A DNA stretch of 63,777 nucleotides, the filler included, from Octopus bimaculoides (lineage: Eukaryota): the NCBI RefSeq assembly GCF_001194135.2. It is 4 parts of 4 records of this genome, joined end to end, with 100 filler letters (N's around TTAATTAATTAA, not from the genome) between each part and the next. Parts side by side here need not be neighbours in the genome. Positions count along the whole stretch, not along the records: positions 28,941 to 51,615 come from NC_069006.1; positions 51,716 to 63,777 come from NC_068992.1; 2 more parts are not named here. The stretch is one strand, 5' to 3'. Shown piece by piece: positions 50,413 to 63,645 of this stretch. Each line of letters opens with the position of its first letter. The first letter of the stretch is position 1. The notes under the pieces were generated by a model that was not told the DNA's origin, did not search any database, and worked only from the letters and a program-made list of their open reading frames with translations. The position numbers and the translations under genes are program-made.

Positions 50413-50506
50413 ATTTTTGGGAAGTTAGAATATTGACAAGAATTAAAATTGTAGACCTTTCTAATCGATGCTCTTCACATTGATTAACCTTTGCTTCTTA
50501 TTTCAG

Positions 50507-50626
50507 GTCCTAATATTTTGGTAGCACGATTGGCAACAATTTGTGCCAAACCAAATGGGCAGTTTCTTGTGGAAAAACATGAAGTGGAGGCTTTTATGCA
50601 GAAACAACTTGTTAAAAATTTACCAG
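50507..50626 (+). CDS. REV1: REV1 exon, palm/thumb (GPNILVARLATICAKPNGQF...VKNLP); last visible exon
   Basis: Acceptor TTTCAG at 50506 and donor GTAAAC at 50627, phases 1/1. It matches G.N.L.AR.AT..AKP.GQ and LP-G of REV1. Confidence 0.96.
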
Positions 50627-51308
50627 GTAAACATTTACAGCAGTGTAATCTATCTTTCTTTCGGTTGTATGGTTAAGAAGCTTGCTTTGCAACTGTCTGT
50701 ATTTAGGTTCAGTCCTACTGCATGGTAGCTTGGTCTTCTACCATTGCTCTGGGCTATCCAATACCTTATAAGTGAATTTGGTTGACGGAAACTGTGTGGA
50801 AGCCCATTGTGTTTGTGTTCCATCCCCAGCACTTGATAACTGGTGTTGGTTGTTTATATCCCTGTGACTTAGCAGTTTGGCAAAATAAACTGACAAAAAT
50901 AAGTCCCAGATTTTTAAAAGAAAAATAAGTACTGGGGTTGATCTGTTCGATGAAATCTTTCATGGGTGTGCCCCAGCTTGGCCACAGTGAAACAAGTAAA
51001 AGATAGAAGATAATAGAATTGTTTACAAAGAATTCTCTCAAAATACTTTCATGTGTCCAAGATGACTGACCTTGTGCCAGAGTTTAAAATAGTTATCTGG
51101 GCAGAAAACTGGTAGAATTATTGATGCATCAGAGAAAATGTTTAACAATCATTTCTTTTGGTTCTTTACATTCAGAGTTCAATTCCTGCAGAGGCCAGCT
51201 GTGCCTTTTGGCCTTTCTGGGGTTGATATAATCAACTAACCCTCTCCTCTGAAAATTGTTGGTGTTGTGCTGAAATTAGAAACCACATTATGATTATTGT
51301 TATTGTTG

Positions 51309-51361
<53 letters not shown>

Positions 51362-51373
51362 GTTATTATTATT

Positions 51374-51615
51374 CAGTAGTTTTATTTTTATAACGTGCTT
51401 TCACTTCACTACCGAGCGCCGCTCTGTGCGCCTTGGGTATGTGCTGTGGTTTGCTGTGATGCTCTTATGGTTACTGTATTGAAAGTGTTTTGCGTAGGAT
51501 GTATGCAGTGCCCAGTAGTGCAATTTTCTGTATGTTATATATATTTGTAAGTCCTGGTGTTTTTGTTATGTATTGGTCTGAATACTTTTTTATTATACCT
51601 AAGGCACCTACTATG
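51374..51615 (-). mobile_element. Dong/R4-type LINE 3' end abutting a long (TTA)n tract
   Basis: Aligns by eye with 38675-38930. (TTA)n lies at about 51290-51373. Cut by the spacer gap. Confidence 0.75.
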
Positions 51616-51715
51616 NNNNNNNNNNNNNNNNNNNNNNNNNNNNNNNNNNNNNNNNNNNNTTAATTAATTAANNNNNNNNNNNNNNNNNNNNNNNNNNNNN
51701 NNNNNNNNNNNNNNN
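51616..51715. other. Synthetic scaffolding spacer (44 N + TTAATTAATTAA + 44 N)
   Basis: Identical to 14282-14381. Confidence 0.9.
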
Positions 51716-51844
51716 TTTTTTTCATCGTTGTCCCCACTTTTGTTTTTTTTTCTGCTTTGTTTTCGCCCCCCTCGAAAAGAAAAAAACTCTACATTTGTAT
51801 TTTGTCCCCTCTGTGTTGAGCCCTGTGTGGCTAATAAAGAAACA

Positions 51845-51918
<74 letters not shown>

Positions 51919-53810
51919 TATATATAATATATATGCATATATATGTATGTATTTATGTGTGTGTGCATGTGTGTGTGAGTGTTAGAAGTAATGCGAGGAG
52001 GACTGGAACTTATACTAGTGAAGAGAATAATAATAATATCAAGAGTAATTACGGAGGGGACGCTAGTAATAATAATACAGGGTGAAACATAAAAAAATTC
52101 CCACATTGTGAATGACTATAAAAAGAGATCGCATCCAGGAAAAAAATCTATATTTAAGAAAACAAAATCAGCTTATTGCACTAACTTTTGATAAGTCAAA
52201 TGTTTCGTCGCACATCTGCGACCTGCAAGTATTATGTATCTATTTTTGTTAGTATGCATTTACGTAATAATTTACTAGGAACTGGAATTGCTCTCTTTTT
52301 CTTCTTGCTACAGTTACATGGTTGATGATTCTTCTACTACATGTATTACCTATTATATTTATCTTTCCTTTGTTCACATCAACAAGGATTTAATATTCAT
52401 ATACACATATCTCCACACACATTTCTGAGTCAAGACTGATAGAATGTTTACTTAATTATTTCGCCTGGAGTATGTTCCTTACTATTTTGTATTCACCAAT
52501 TTACAATCAACGGCTTTTAAAAAGGAATTTATTCGGCCTTTTTTTCAAAGTATGTTGCATTACCTGAGAAAACGAAATGTCATTTTATACTAGTAGAATT
52601 AGTGATCTTCTCAATTATCGGTGATATTCTCGATCTATTTCATTATACCTAATTTTCTTAAATGATTAGAAGAGAAGGTGGCTAAAATTACATGATTGTA
52701 TTCGTAAAAGAGTTACCATAAAACGTTAGCCATTACGAAATTCTATCATTTGCAGCGTTTTCTTGATTAGTTATAATATCAGCCATCAAACTGAATTAAG
52801 GTAAAATTGTATAATAATATTAAATGTATTAACGAAGATTTATCATTGAATTATTAAATCTGACAATTATATCAGCATTTATCAAATGAAAATGAAATAA
52901 ATTCGGAAGTTTTTCCATTCATTCCGGCATGTATTTGATATTTGTGTTTATTTAAGGACATCTGTCATCGTTTAAAACTTTAACATCATTTTCGTTGATG
53001 CTCTAATGAAAATTGATTAAGATGACGGCCAACCTATAAATGATATATTCGTCGATGATATATTTGGGATTAATTATAATTATATTTGGTTTTCTTTAGG
53101 ATAACGAAGCAAGATATTAATATAAGAATTTGTACCATTAATTATCGATCGTTTAGATGTGATTAAAATGTACTACAAACATTCTAGTAGGCTACAGAAG
53201 TGATCTCTAATAATCATATAATATTAAGAAGTCCTACTTTTAAAAAGTTGATGCCACCAACTTGTCATTATGTCATATAATTTTAGCCATAAAAGTATTT
53301 TCTTATTTGGAAATAAGTTTTGACTACGAGTTCAGACTGACAGTTTAGAAATCAACTTAAAAACAAGATGGCTCTTGTGTTCGTCGTCAAAATCTCATCG
53401 TTAACTCAACAGGAAGTTCATTTTGTATCAGATGAAGCGTTCTGTATTAAGGAATCATTATTTACAAGCAAATATTATAAGTGATCTGAAGAGAATGAAA
53501 TTTCAAGGGTTATATTTTAAAATTTCCGTCCTGACGTTTGTTGGATGACTTACGAAATGCCTTTATATTCAGTGAATAAATCGTGTAGTTGCGAGTCATA
53601 TTAATGCTTATCTAATTTTTATATTTCTTTATCTGTCTAGAACAGATTATCTCCAGCTAGAATGTTGACAATGATAAAAGGAAACGAAATTATACACTAG
53701 AAATAACAACAAATACTTTAAATATATTCAAAAAGAACACAAAATAAAAGGGAAGGTGGAAAAGAATGTGAGAGAGAAATGAACTGAGAAGGACTGAGAT
53801 GAGGGACAGG

Positions 53811-53880
53811 GAGAAAGAGGGGTGGAGAGAAAGAGGGGTGGAGAGAAAGAGGGGTGGAGAGGAAGAGGGGTGGAGAGAAA
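53811..53880 (+). repeat. 16-bp purine tandem repeat (GAGAAAGAGGGGTGGA) x4
   Basis: Units start at 53811, 53827, 53843 and 53859 (the last with one substitution). Confidence 0.9.
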
Positions 53881-55029
53881 AAAGAGAATGAGAAAGAGAG
53901 AAGATTTTGTGTTATGTGTTTAGAGAAAACAACAGAAAATGATCATTTCTGAAATCCTCGAGTCCACCAACCCTCAAACACAACTAATCTTCCTATAGAT
54001 CTATATGTTTAGTAAATATATATCTATGTGTATGTTCTCTATTACATTGCAAAGGATATTTGTAGAATAAACTCAGAATTGTTTTCTTTCCGTATTCGTC
54101 TTTGGCGATGAATCTGATACAGGCACCAGCAGAAAACCAAAAAGGAATAACAATCCTCGACAAACGAGATGAGAAATATAAGTCAGCACTGATTGTATGT
54201 TCTTTGATGAATATACCATTATGGTGCCGTCGTTTGTTTAAGCAAAGCACGGAAAGTAATTATTTTCCACTTCAGGCATTGTTAGTCATCTCTTGTACTG
54301 ACACAACAAAGTGTGCTTCCAAAAGATGTATTTCGAGATTGCATCAACCAGCTAATGCTATCCGGATTTTAGAAAGCTAATGGCTGTAGGGTAAAGAATA
54401 TCGATTATGTAGTCTCTTCATAATTTCAGAGTGTATGCACAGGTATCTATCTGAAAATGACAGAACTAACAGTTATTAAAGAGATAATGTCTTACGTTGC
54501 AGAAAAATAGCAATAACGACCAGTGAGAGATAAGTTACAAATATGTAATAAACAGTAAATAATCTGTGAAAATGGAAGAGCCATCAGTTGCGTTCTTTGA
54601 TTTACCTCTCCAACTATCAAAGGCTATGGTAGGGAATAAGTAATACAGTAGAAAATGGGAAATAGCGTTTGTTAATTATATAATTCGTTGGTGAAAGCGC
54701 GAAGCAATCGGCTGGGCTGTGTTTCAATGTCAGCGTTATAGACACGAGTTCATATCTCTGCAGAAGTAACATTGCTTTACGTGGTTATAACATTATGAAC
54801 ACATATGGCCGGAATACTTAATAAAATCATATGTGAGTAGAAACAAAGAAATTTTGAGAATGTGACCCTGGTAAACTAATCTCACTGAAAATTAGTTCTC
54901 TCTTAGAACAAATTGGAAACAAAGATTTGAATTAAGGTCTATGAAGATTTAGGGCAAGTTGCAAGTTACTGTTGATGATTTTGTCTTGAAGCATCATCTA
55001 ACATTGTAAACATCACGTGGAATTGAGTT

Positions 55030-55445
55030 ACGAAAAGTCTATCACTTTTCACGATTCGTTCACGAGTTGTCTCTATTACCTATTTAAGTCAACTTTACCT
55101 TTTATCCTTTCACGGTCGATAAAATAATACCAGTTGAAAATTGGATCCATCTAATTGACATACACTTCCCCCGAAATTGCTGGCTTTGAGCCAACATTTG
55201 AAGCCAATATTAAATATATGTTTCCAATGCAGTGAGCTGATAGAATAGTTAGCAAGCTGGGCGAAATACTTAGCGGCATTTCATCTATCTTTAATCCTGT
55301 GATCAAATTCTGCCGAGGCTGACCTTGCTCTTTTACCGCTTCGGGAACGATAAAATAAGTACCAGTTAATCACTGGGGTCGTTGCAGCCGACTAGCTCCC
55401 TTCCCCGATTTTTCTGGTCTTGTGTCAAAATTTGATACCAATATT
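55030..55445 (+). mobile_element. Two tandem degenerate family B SINEs
   Basis: The CCTTTC.CGGTCGATAAAATAA.TACCAG core appears twice, at about 55105 and 55345. Confidence 0.7.
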
Positions 55446-56857
55446 AAGTATGTTTAAATAGATTCTAAATCAGAACTTCATTCATTCTCGAAACTGTAAA
55501 TCAGCCATTCTTTGGTAAGGATATCTGTACACTGGGATGACTGTCTACACACATGGCAGCAAATATAAGAAGGCTTCTTTAGATATCATAAATGAGCAAG
55601 TCCATAGCTATTTGTATTATACTCTGCTTCTTCCGAAACGTCATTCTGTAGAAGCGTTCACGGTAAGAGATCAAAACTACATTTTTTTCCAGCGATGTTA
55701 AAATCAACAGAATTAGAATTCTTTTCTAGGAAATGAAGACTGAACGGTAAATATATATTTTACTCACTAATCTGACTATATCGAAAGTAAATGAAAAGGA
55801 GATAATATCTCATTATATCTCATTACAGCCCCTTACCTAGAAAATCAAGCAACACTGATACAACGCTCCCGCCATTTCTTTGTCATAACTACAAAACAAA
55901 CTTTTGCACTACTCAATTTGCCAGAATATTTCTCGTTTCGAAAGCTTTGCATCCAGTATTATGAAGTCACATAACTCTGTAGTATTGAAAGTTATTAAAT
56001 AACACTGTAGATTGGTAAATATATAACTGTGTATTATTGTTTGGCCGACCAGTTTTAGAGAAATTTGATTTCTCATATATGAAACGTGTATAGGATTTTG
56101 TTCAAAATGCGTCAGTATTCCAATACCAATATATATATATATATATATANNNNNNNNNNNNNNNNNNNNNNNNNNNNNNNNNNNNNNNNNNNNNNNNNNN
56201 NNNNNNNNNNNNNNNNNNNNNNNNNNNNNNNNNNNNNNNNNNNNNNNNNNNNNNNNNNNNNNNNNNNNNNNNNNNNNNNNNNNNNNNNNNNNNNNNNNNN
56301 NNNNNNNNNNNNNNNNNNNNNNNNNNNNNNNNNNNNNNNNNNNNNNNNNNNNNNNNNNNNNNNNNNNNNNNNNNNNNNNNNNNNNNNNNNNNNNNNNNNN
56401 NNNNNNNNNNNNNNNNNNNNNNNNNNNNNNNNNNNNNNNNNNNNNNNNNNNNNNNNNNNNNNNNNNNNNNNNNNNNNNNNNNNNNNNNNNNNNNNNNNNN
56501 NNNNNNNNNNNNNNNNNNNNNNNNNNNNNNNNNNNNNNNNNNNNNNNNNNNNNNNNNNNNNNNNNNNNNNNNNNNNNNNNNNNNNNNNNNNNNNNNNNNN
56601 NNNNNNNNNNNNNNNNNNNNNNNNNNNNNNNNNNNNNNNNNNNNNNNNNNNNNNNNNNNNNNNNNNNNNNNNNNNNNNNNNNNNNNNNNNNNNNNNNNNN
56701 NNNNNNNNNNNNNNNNNNNNNNNNNNNNNNNNNNNNNNNNNNNNNNNNNNNNNNNNNNNNNNNNNNNNNNNNNNNNNNNNNNNNNNNNNNNNNNNNNNNN
56801 NNNNNNNNNNNNNNNNNNNNNNNNNNNNNNNNNNNNNNNNNNNNNNNNNNNNNNNNN

Positions 56858-56888
<31 letters not shown>

Positions 56889-58624
56889 GTCAGAGTTCCA
56901 TTTCTAGTGTTTATAGAAAGTATGTGAAACACAGACTCAGCTAACAAATACTTCCTTTGGCAAAAAATCAGATAAATTAATCGCAGAACTAAAACGTTTA
57001 TTATGAACTGAAAGTATAGCATAAAGAAATCACCATTATCTTGATGTGACAAATAAATACCTCTACATACAGTTCAAATTTGATAAAATGGTCAGTACTG
57101 TTTGTGTAACATATCTACTCTCTTGGGCATGCCAAAATGATGTTAATACTATCTCGATTGTTCTATTAATTTAGAATTCTGCTTGCGAATTCTGAACTGC
57201 GATCTTGTTAAACAAAGCAGTTATTTTCACTAGAATTGGTATAATTTACTTTAGGACCGAAGTTTTGTAAACTGAAAAATGGTTATATACTCATTCTTAA
57301 ACACAGAAATCTACATACAATCCTTCCACCCAACAACACTAGTCCACCGGAATTTCTTACTCACTTAAAGTTTCTGCATTCGTCGATGAAAAGCTGTTCA
57401 AGGCTTATTTAATATGTCGATTCCACTAATATCAAATTGATGAAGAAGTTGACGAAACCACACCCACCACTCAAAAACCATACCCACCTATACTACCAAG
57501 TATACCTGTCACGCTCCCCTACACATAAAATTGTAACCATAAACATAAGACTTCAGAAATATTTAACTTCAAACGAAGCTTAACTATACCTATAATCAGT
57601 ATCTATGTAACATACTTTATGATAAAGTATATCCTTTTTTTTATTAATATAGTGATTGCATCAGTCGGGAGAAAAAGTAAATGATATAAATAGCAAACTC
57701 CCAGTCAAAGACCAGACAAAAACAGTGTTTTAAGATATGGTCATGCGTCTGATTAAAGAAATTTTTCAGGAGGTCATCTAGATTTTGGTTTCACTTATGT
57801 TAGTTTAATCTTTATTATCTATTATATGGAACTTCTATATACCATTAGATGATAAAACCTACGTCGTTATTTTCATAAAATTACAGCCTGTAAAAGTCTA
57901 TATAAAAACATACGAAATTAATGATGGCTGAAGTAATGTAAAGAGTGTTGTATAATTAAATATTATGTTTTCATTAACGTAACAATGGGTATTTTATTTA
58001 TTATGTCCTGTATTATAGGTCTTTCATTTGAGATTGAAATCCATAGTTGTTATAATTTCATTGTATTTTTAAGATGAATAGCAGTTTCTTCGTTATCTGC
58101 AACAAATATACGCATAAAAAATAAAAGGACGCAATTGTTTCTGTTCTACTATGTTATTTTCTTTACACTATTGAAATATCTCAATAATTAGGCTATTCGT
58201 GATAAAGTAGGAGTTGAGATTTCAAATAGATATAAAGCTGAAGTGTTAGGAAAAGCGGTTTTTTTTTTGGTTATTGTATAGTGTTTCAGCTGATATTGAA
58301 TTAATGACTCAATTGGAATCGATATTAAAGCAAGAAAATACATAACAGTTATTTCTTACAGAAAGCCGTTCCAACTCTAATGCTTTAAAATGTGATAGAC
58401 ATTCGTAGATGCCTATATAAATAAAACTAAATACATTTAGTATCATCATATCAAATACAATAATACTTTGAAGTACAAATGAGACTTCTTGTATTGGTTG
58501 CAATGCTACTACTCATGTTAAGAATTATTGGTTGTGAAGATTGTGATAATCTGTTTCAAACAACAAAATCTTAGTCACGGACGAAACACACAATGTCTTG
58601 AAATGGAGAAACTGTTAACATCTA

Positions 58625-58792
58625 TAGGCGAAGGAGTGCTTGTGTGGCAAGAAGCTTGCTTCCCGACCATATGCTTCCAGATTTAGTCTCGCTGTGTGGC
58701 ATCTTAGACGAATATGTGTTTTACAGTAGCCTCGGGCCGACCAAAGCCTGTGACTGGATTTGGTAGACGGAAATTGAAAGAAGCTCGTCGTT
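58625..58792 (+). mobile_element. SINE family A 5' half
   Basis: GGCGAAGGAGTGCTTGTGTGG...GGATTTGGTAGACGGAAATTGAAAGAAGCTCGTCG. Confidence 0.8.
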
Positions 58793-58926
58793 TGTATACA
58801 AAGTTGGTATTATGCAAAAATGTCTTAGGTCTATAACGTTGCTTTTTCAGAAAACGAAAATATAGTTTCGCCGTTCCATTTCTTTTTACAATAGCAACAG
58901 TTTCAGCTCACCAATAATACTTTGTT

Positions 58927-58965
<39 letters not shown>

Positions 58966-61138
58966 NNNNNNNNNNNNNNNNNNNNNNNNNNNNNNNNNNN
59001 NNNNNNNNNNNNNNNNNNNNNNNNNNNNNNNNNNNNNNNNNNNNNNNNNNNNNNNNNNNNNNNNNNNNNNNNNNNNNNNNNNNNNNNNNNNNNNNNNNNN
59101 NNNNNNNNNNNNNNNNNNNNNNNNNNNNNNNNNNNNNNNNNNNNNNNNNNNNNNNNNNNNNNNNNNNNNNNNNNNNNNNNNNNNNNNNNNNNNNNNNNNN
59201 NNNNNNNNNNNNNNNNNNNNNNNNNNNNNNNNNNNNNNNNNNNNNNNNNNNNNNNNNNNNNNNNNNNNNNNNNNNNNNNNNNNNNNNNNNNNNNNNNNNN
59301 NNNNNNNNNNNNNNNNNNNNNNNNNNNNNNNNNNNNNNNNNNNNNNNNNNNNNNNNNNNNNNNNNNNNNNNNNNNNNNCTTTGGTGCTAAAAAGCCATTA
59401 TTTAATTTGAAGTAACAATGAAATTTCTTGAACAAACATTGTGCTGTACGTTCATTAGTGGTTACTGGGTCAAACGAGCTGTTTCAGCAGCTTTTAGGCT
59501 TAGTTTGAACTGGAATAAGAAAATTGTGCGAATTTGCTTTTTATCCATTGAACGTTCCGTAAAAATGGTTTAATTATATTATTCAAAAAGAAAATGAATA
59601 ACACGGTCAGATAGAGCGAAAACGGGCTTTAAAATGATATATAAAGTCAAAGTAATTTAATGAAAATTAATTTGAAAATACATCATTTAAAACCAAAATT
59701 TTAAATTCCGCAGGAACTTTCTTGACAACCTAATACACTACACTACACCCCTCCACAAGCACATACACACATATATACACGCACGCACACACACATAGAC
59801 ATACATGTGTGCATCCGTATGTGTGTGTGTGTATTTCGATAAAATGATCGGTTAATTTATTAGATTGATAAAAATATGTATTCTTATTTATCCCGAAATA
59901 TTTAATATGTCTAAATTTTCAATGATTAATTTTGGCAAATTAGAATCCTTTATATACACATTGGTACGCTGATGAATTGAAAGATTCTACATGAATTTTA
60001 ATTAGTTCATAAAGAAGGAATAATTTCTAAACTTAAGTTAATATCAAAATCAATATCGGAAACAATATTATAACTGGTATACAACTGAAGATGACAATGT
60101 GAAAATATTGTTCTTGAATTCATTTTCATATCTTTAATATAAAAGTAATCAACGCGGAATTTAATTGATGTAGGTTATAGATGACTTCCAAACTATACAA
60201 TACAGAAAAAGATGAACTTTAATTCTCCCTTTTGTTTTACTTGATATGTATGTGCACGCGTGTGTCAGTATATGTGTTGTGTTTGGGTATGGATCTGTGT
60301 GCGTGCGTGTATATGTGCATGTGTATGGGTGTGTATGTGTGTCTGTGCGTGCGTGTGTATCTGTCTGTGTGTGTGTGATACCACGAATTAAATTTTGAAG
60401 TAGGTAATATATGAAAAATTTCACATATCACAACAGTGAAAGGAAATAATTGTTTTGTCGAATGGAAGTATTTTTTATAAAATACTTAAACATTTTTTGC
60501 AATTAAATTCGTGTATATTATTTCATACGCTACATATAGACAACAGGTCGTAATCTGATCTTCGAAAGGAAAACTTCTCGTAACAAGTCGTATAATTTCT
60601 GTGAAATGGCGTCGAATACTACTTTATCAAATTTCTGATAGAAAAGGGTCTGTCGTACAATTAGAAAAATACATTGGAATACTTACAAATCAAGTTAGAG
60701 TCAGACGGCAGTTTTATAAAACAAACAACATTTTGTACTTGTACGTTGTAAAATTGTTCTCTTAATCAAATATATTGTAACTGAAACTTAACTGACACAT
60801 TCAACATATCTTTTATGTATAGCCGAAACGAAGTTCATGTGTTGCCTCTTCTGAAATAATAACTATATACAATATATGTGCATATGTGTAGGTGCGTGTG
60901 TGTGTGTGAGTGTGTGTGTCTGTGTGCGCATGCGTGCGTGTGTATATGTGTGTGTATCAGAGTTTAAAGCCTCAGCTTTCGACTTTCTCAGAAGAAGGAC
61001 ACTGCACTGTCTAAAATTGCGATTTTCCACTCCTGCAATTTCATTGTACTCTATCGATATTCCTACATAATATAAATCATTCCGCAGCTCAACAGCAGCC
61101 ACTTCAATTACCTGTTTGGCTATATACATGTGTGCATG

Positions 61139-61203
<65 letters not shown>

Positions 61204-61377
61204 ATCGCTGGCGATTTTCTTTCTCCGTCTTCATTCTTTGGACTTTTTGTATATTTCTGATGAAAAGCTCCGCTCGAAACGTGAAATCCTCTTTTTTTTC
61301 TTTCCTTTCCTGTGCGTCCAATAACACTGTTCTTATTCCACGTCCTCGCGTTGTTGCTTTTTCTTGCTTGTTCATGT

Positions 61378-61378
<1 letters not shown>
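61204..61378 (+). mobile_element. Microsatellite-flanked short unit with a minimal hammerhead-like motif
   Basis: ATTT-CTGATGA-AAAGC-TCC-GCTC-GAAAC-GT-G-AAAT at 61253-61287, between (TG)n and (CA)n. Confidence 0.6.
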
Positions 61379-61441
<63 letters not shown>

Positions 61442-61596
61442 NNNNNNNNNNNNNNNNNNNNNNNNNNNNNNNNNNNNNNNNNNNNNNNNNNNNNNNNNNN
61501 NNNNNNNNNNNNNNNNNNNNNNNNNNNNNNNNNNNNNNNNNNNNNNNNNNNNNNNNNNNNNNNNNNNNNNNNNNNNNNNNNNNNNNNNNNNNNNNN

Positions 61597-61659
<63 letters not shown>

Positions 61660-62794
61660 TTATATGTGTGTATATATGTATGTGTGTATGTATATATATA
61701 TATGTATGCATGTATATTTTTTGTATATTTATAGGTTGGGAAGTAAGTTACCATGATTTCCCCCAACCCCCTTCCAAACCAATATAAAAAATACATTTCT
61801 ATCAACAAACATTCTCGAAGTAATCTTATTTTTTTCTCTCTGCTATCATCTTCTTTTTATCAAATGACATAATTTTAAACCTCATTAACACCTCCATTCA
61901 CACAAAGAATTTGAAAAGCATCTGACCATTATATTTTTCACCAAAGGTCAACTATTCAAATGGAACCAGCAGGAGTGCACTTTCACAAACCCTTCATAGA
62001 ACACTCCTTAATCACCCCATCACCTTCCAACTCCACTCTCAATCAATTATCGTGCTTTTACCTTTCACTATTTCCTTTCAGCTCTTGTTCATCAACATTC
62101 TTTCACTCCCGCACCTATTAACAAACCTTAACCCCACCCCAGACACACAAATATTTTATATATAAAATCACACAGTACAATACAACCCGAGAACGGTTTA
62201 GCTATTCCACCGACGAATGCGGGAATGTTCTTCAGAAAAGTTAACAAGAGAAGTTAACTCCGCTTTTTAACCCCTCCGTACTACCACATAAGCATGTTTC
62301 TCTATCACATAAAAAAGTCAGTAACTGAGAAATTAATGTTACAGTACTCCCAGTTTGATTGATTATAACTTTGATCACGAATTCATAGGGTCTCCATTTC
62401 AAATGCAAATCTCGTATTCTCATGTAAAGATTTAGCATGTACCATAAAAACTGTTTATAAGTAATTGACTGTGGTTTGAACTTTCTCTGAATGTAAAAAC
62501 TGATCATTGATGACTATTTCAGAAAAAGCAAGGCAACAGACAAATCCTGAATACTTGATAAGAATCGTCCTCCGCTTTCTCCTAAGAGGAGACAAACGTG
62601 AAGGAAAGGGATGCAACATGTTATGTTTAACTAGATAAGTGACAATACAGATATATTTAGTTAAAAAATGTACGTGTGCCAGTAAACAGGTGTAATTTTT
62701 CTTTTACAAGCAAGTTTTAATAATTTTGATAAGCTTTTGTTGTTTTTCTTTTGGAAATTATTGCGTAAAGGTATCGATTTCAAATTTTTGCACA

Positions 62795-62975
62795 AGTTCG
62801 GAGAAGGGAATGAATTGATTACATCGACCCTAGTGCTCAACTGGTACTTATTAATGTACCCCGAAAGGATGAATGGTAAACTGACCTCGGCGGAATTTGA
62901 ACCCTAAATGTAAAGACGGACGAAATGGTGCTTAGCATTTGTACGTCGTGCTAACGATTCTGCCAGCTCACCGAC
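62795..62975 (-). mobile_element. SINE family B
   Basis: CAACTGGTACTTA...CCCCGAAAGGATGAA...CCTCGGCGGAATTTGAAC...GATTCTGCCAGCTCACCG. Confidence 0.8.
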
Positions 62976-63480
62976 GACCCCCAAGGAAATATTGCGACAT
63001 GGGAAAGCAAGGGGAGAACTGGAATATATGTATCTACAACGTCTAAGGTATGTTTATTACACGGAGAAGAAGGTAAAACGCTCATAAAAGGAATGTTTAT
63101 GAGCATGAAAAAAAGAGTCGAATTTTGATATGATTTCCGTCCTGGGCGGAACTCTTCTGGTTTTAACTTTCCACGGCTGTGATGACCACAAACTACTTAT
63201 TTAATGTTATCCATCAAATAGGAGAAATTTGAAACATGAGTTGACTATATGACCCTTGTAAGGCCAGAGTGGCAAAGAGACTTGTAGCATTCCACAAGGT
63301 CAATATATGAGGAACAACTACATAACTAGCACGATACTGCATTTCAGGTAATCTACCCAAAATGCAAGAGATAAAATTTCATCGGAGAATAGTATAAATT
63401 ATGAGCACCAGCTTGCTTCATAGTTTCTTATTTTCAGTTTTAATTATCTGTTCGTTATATATATATATATATATATATAT

Positions 63481-63645
63481 TTCTTTTTTTCTCCGTGTTT
63501 TTCTCCTTGTCTCCGTATTCTTTCTGTTGAAGAGCGTAGCTCGAAACGTCAAAGACTTTCCGTATTCCCGAGCGTCATACTAATATATACTTTTGTTATT
63601 TACACCACCTGTCCTCGTCTGTTGTTATTTTTTGTATATTCTCCC
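63481..63645 (+). mobile_element. 165-bp (TA)n-flanked unit with a minimal type-I hammerhead-like motif (Penelope/retrozyme-type)
   Basis: TCTTT-CTGTTGA-A-GAGC-GTA-GCTC-GAAAC-GTC-AAAGA at 63519-63555. Confidence 0.7.

Noticed and set aside
35516-50626. REV1 as a pseudogene
   Set aside because: All nine visible exons are open with canonical splice sites, compatible phases and intact SRLHH, DMD and SCDE motifs. The missing parts coincide with assembly gaps.
52555-52585. Second recursive-splice-like site on the minus strand (TTTCGTTTTCTCAG|GTAATG)
   Set aside because: Short pyrimidine tract and weaker donor; expected by chance in AT-rich DNA.
54123-54194. 72-nt exon-like segment (APAENQKGITILDKRDEKYKSALI) as the REV1 continuation
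   Set aside because: It is phase 0/0 whereas phase 1 is required, and it has no resemblance to the expected GVG...L...G..TC.DL segment.
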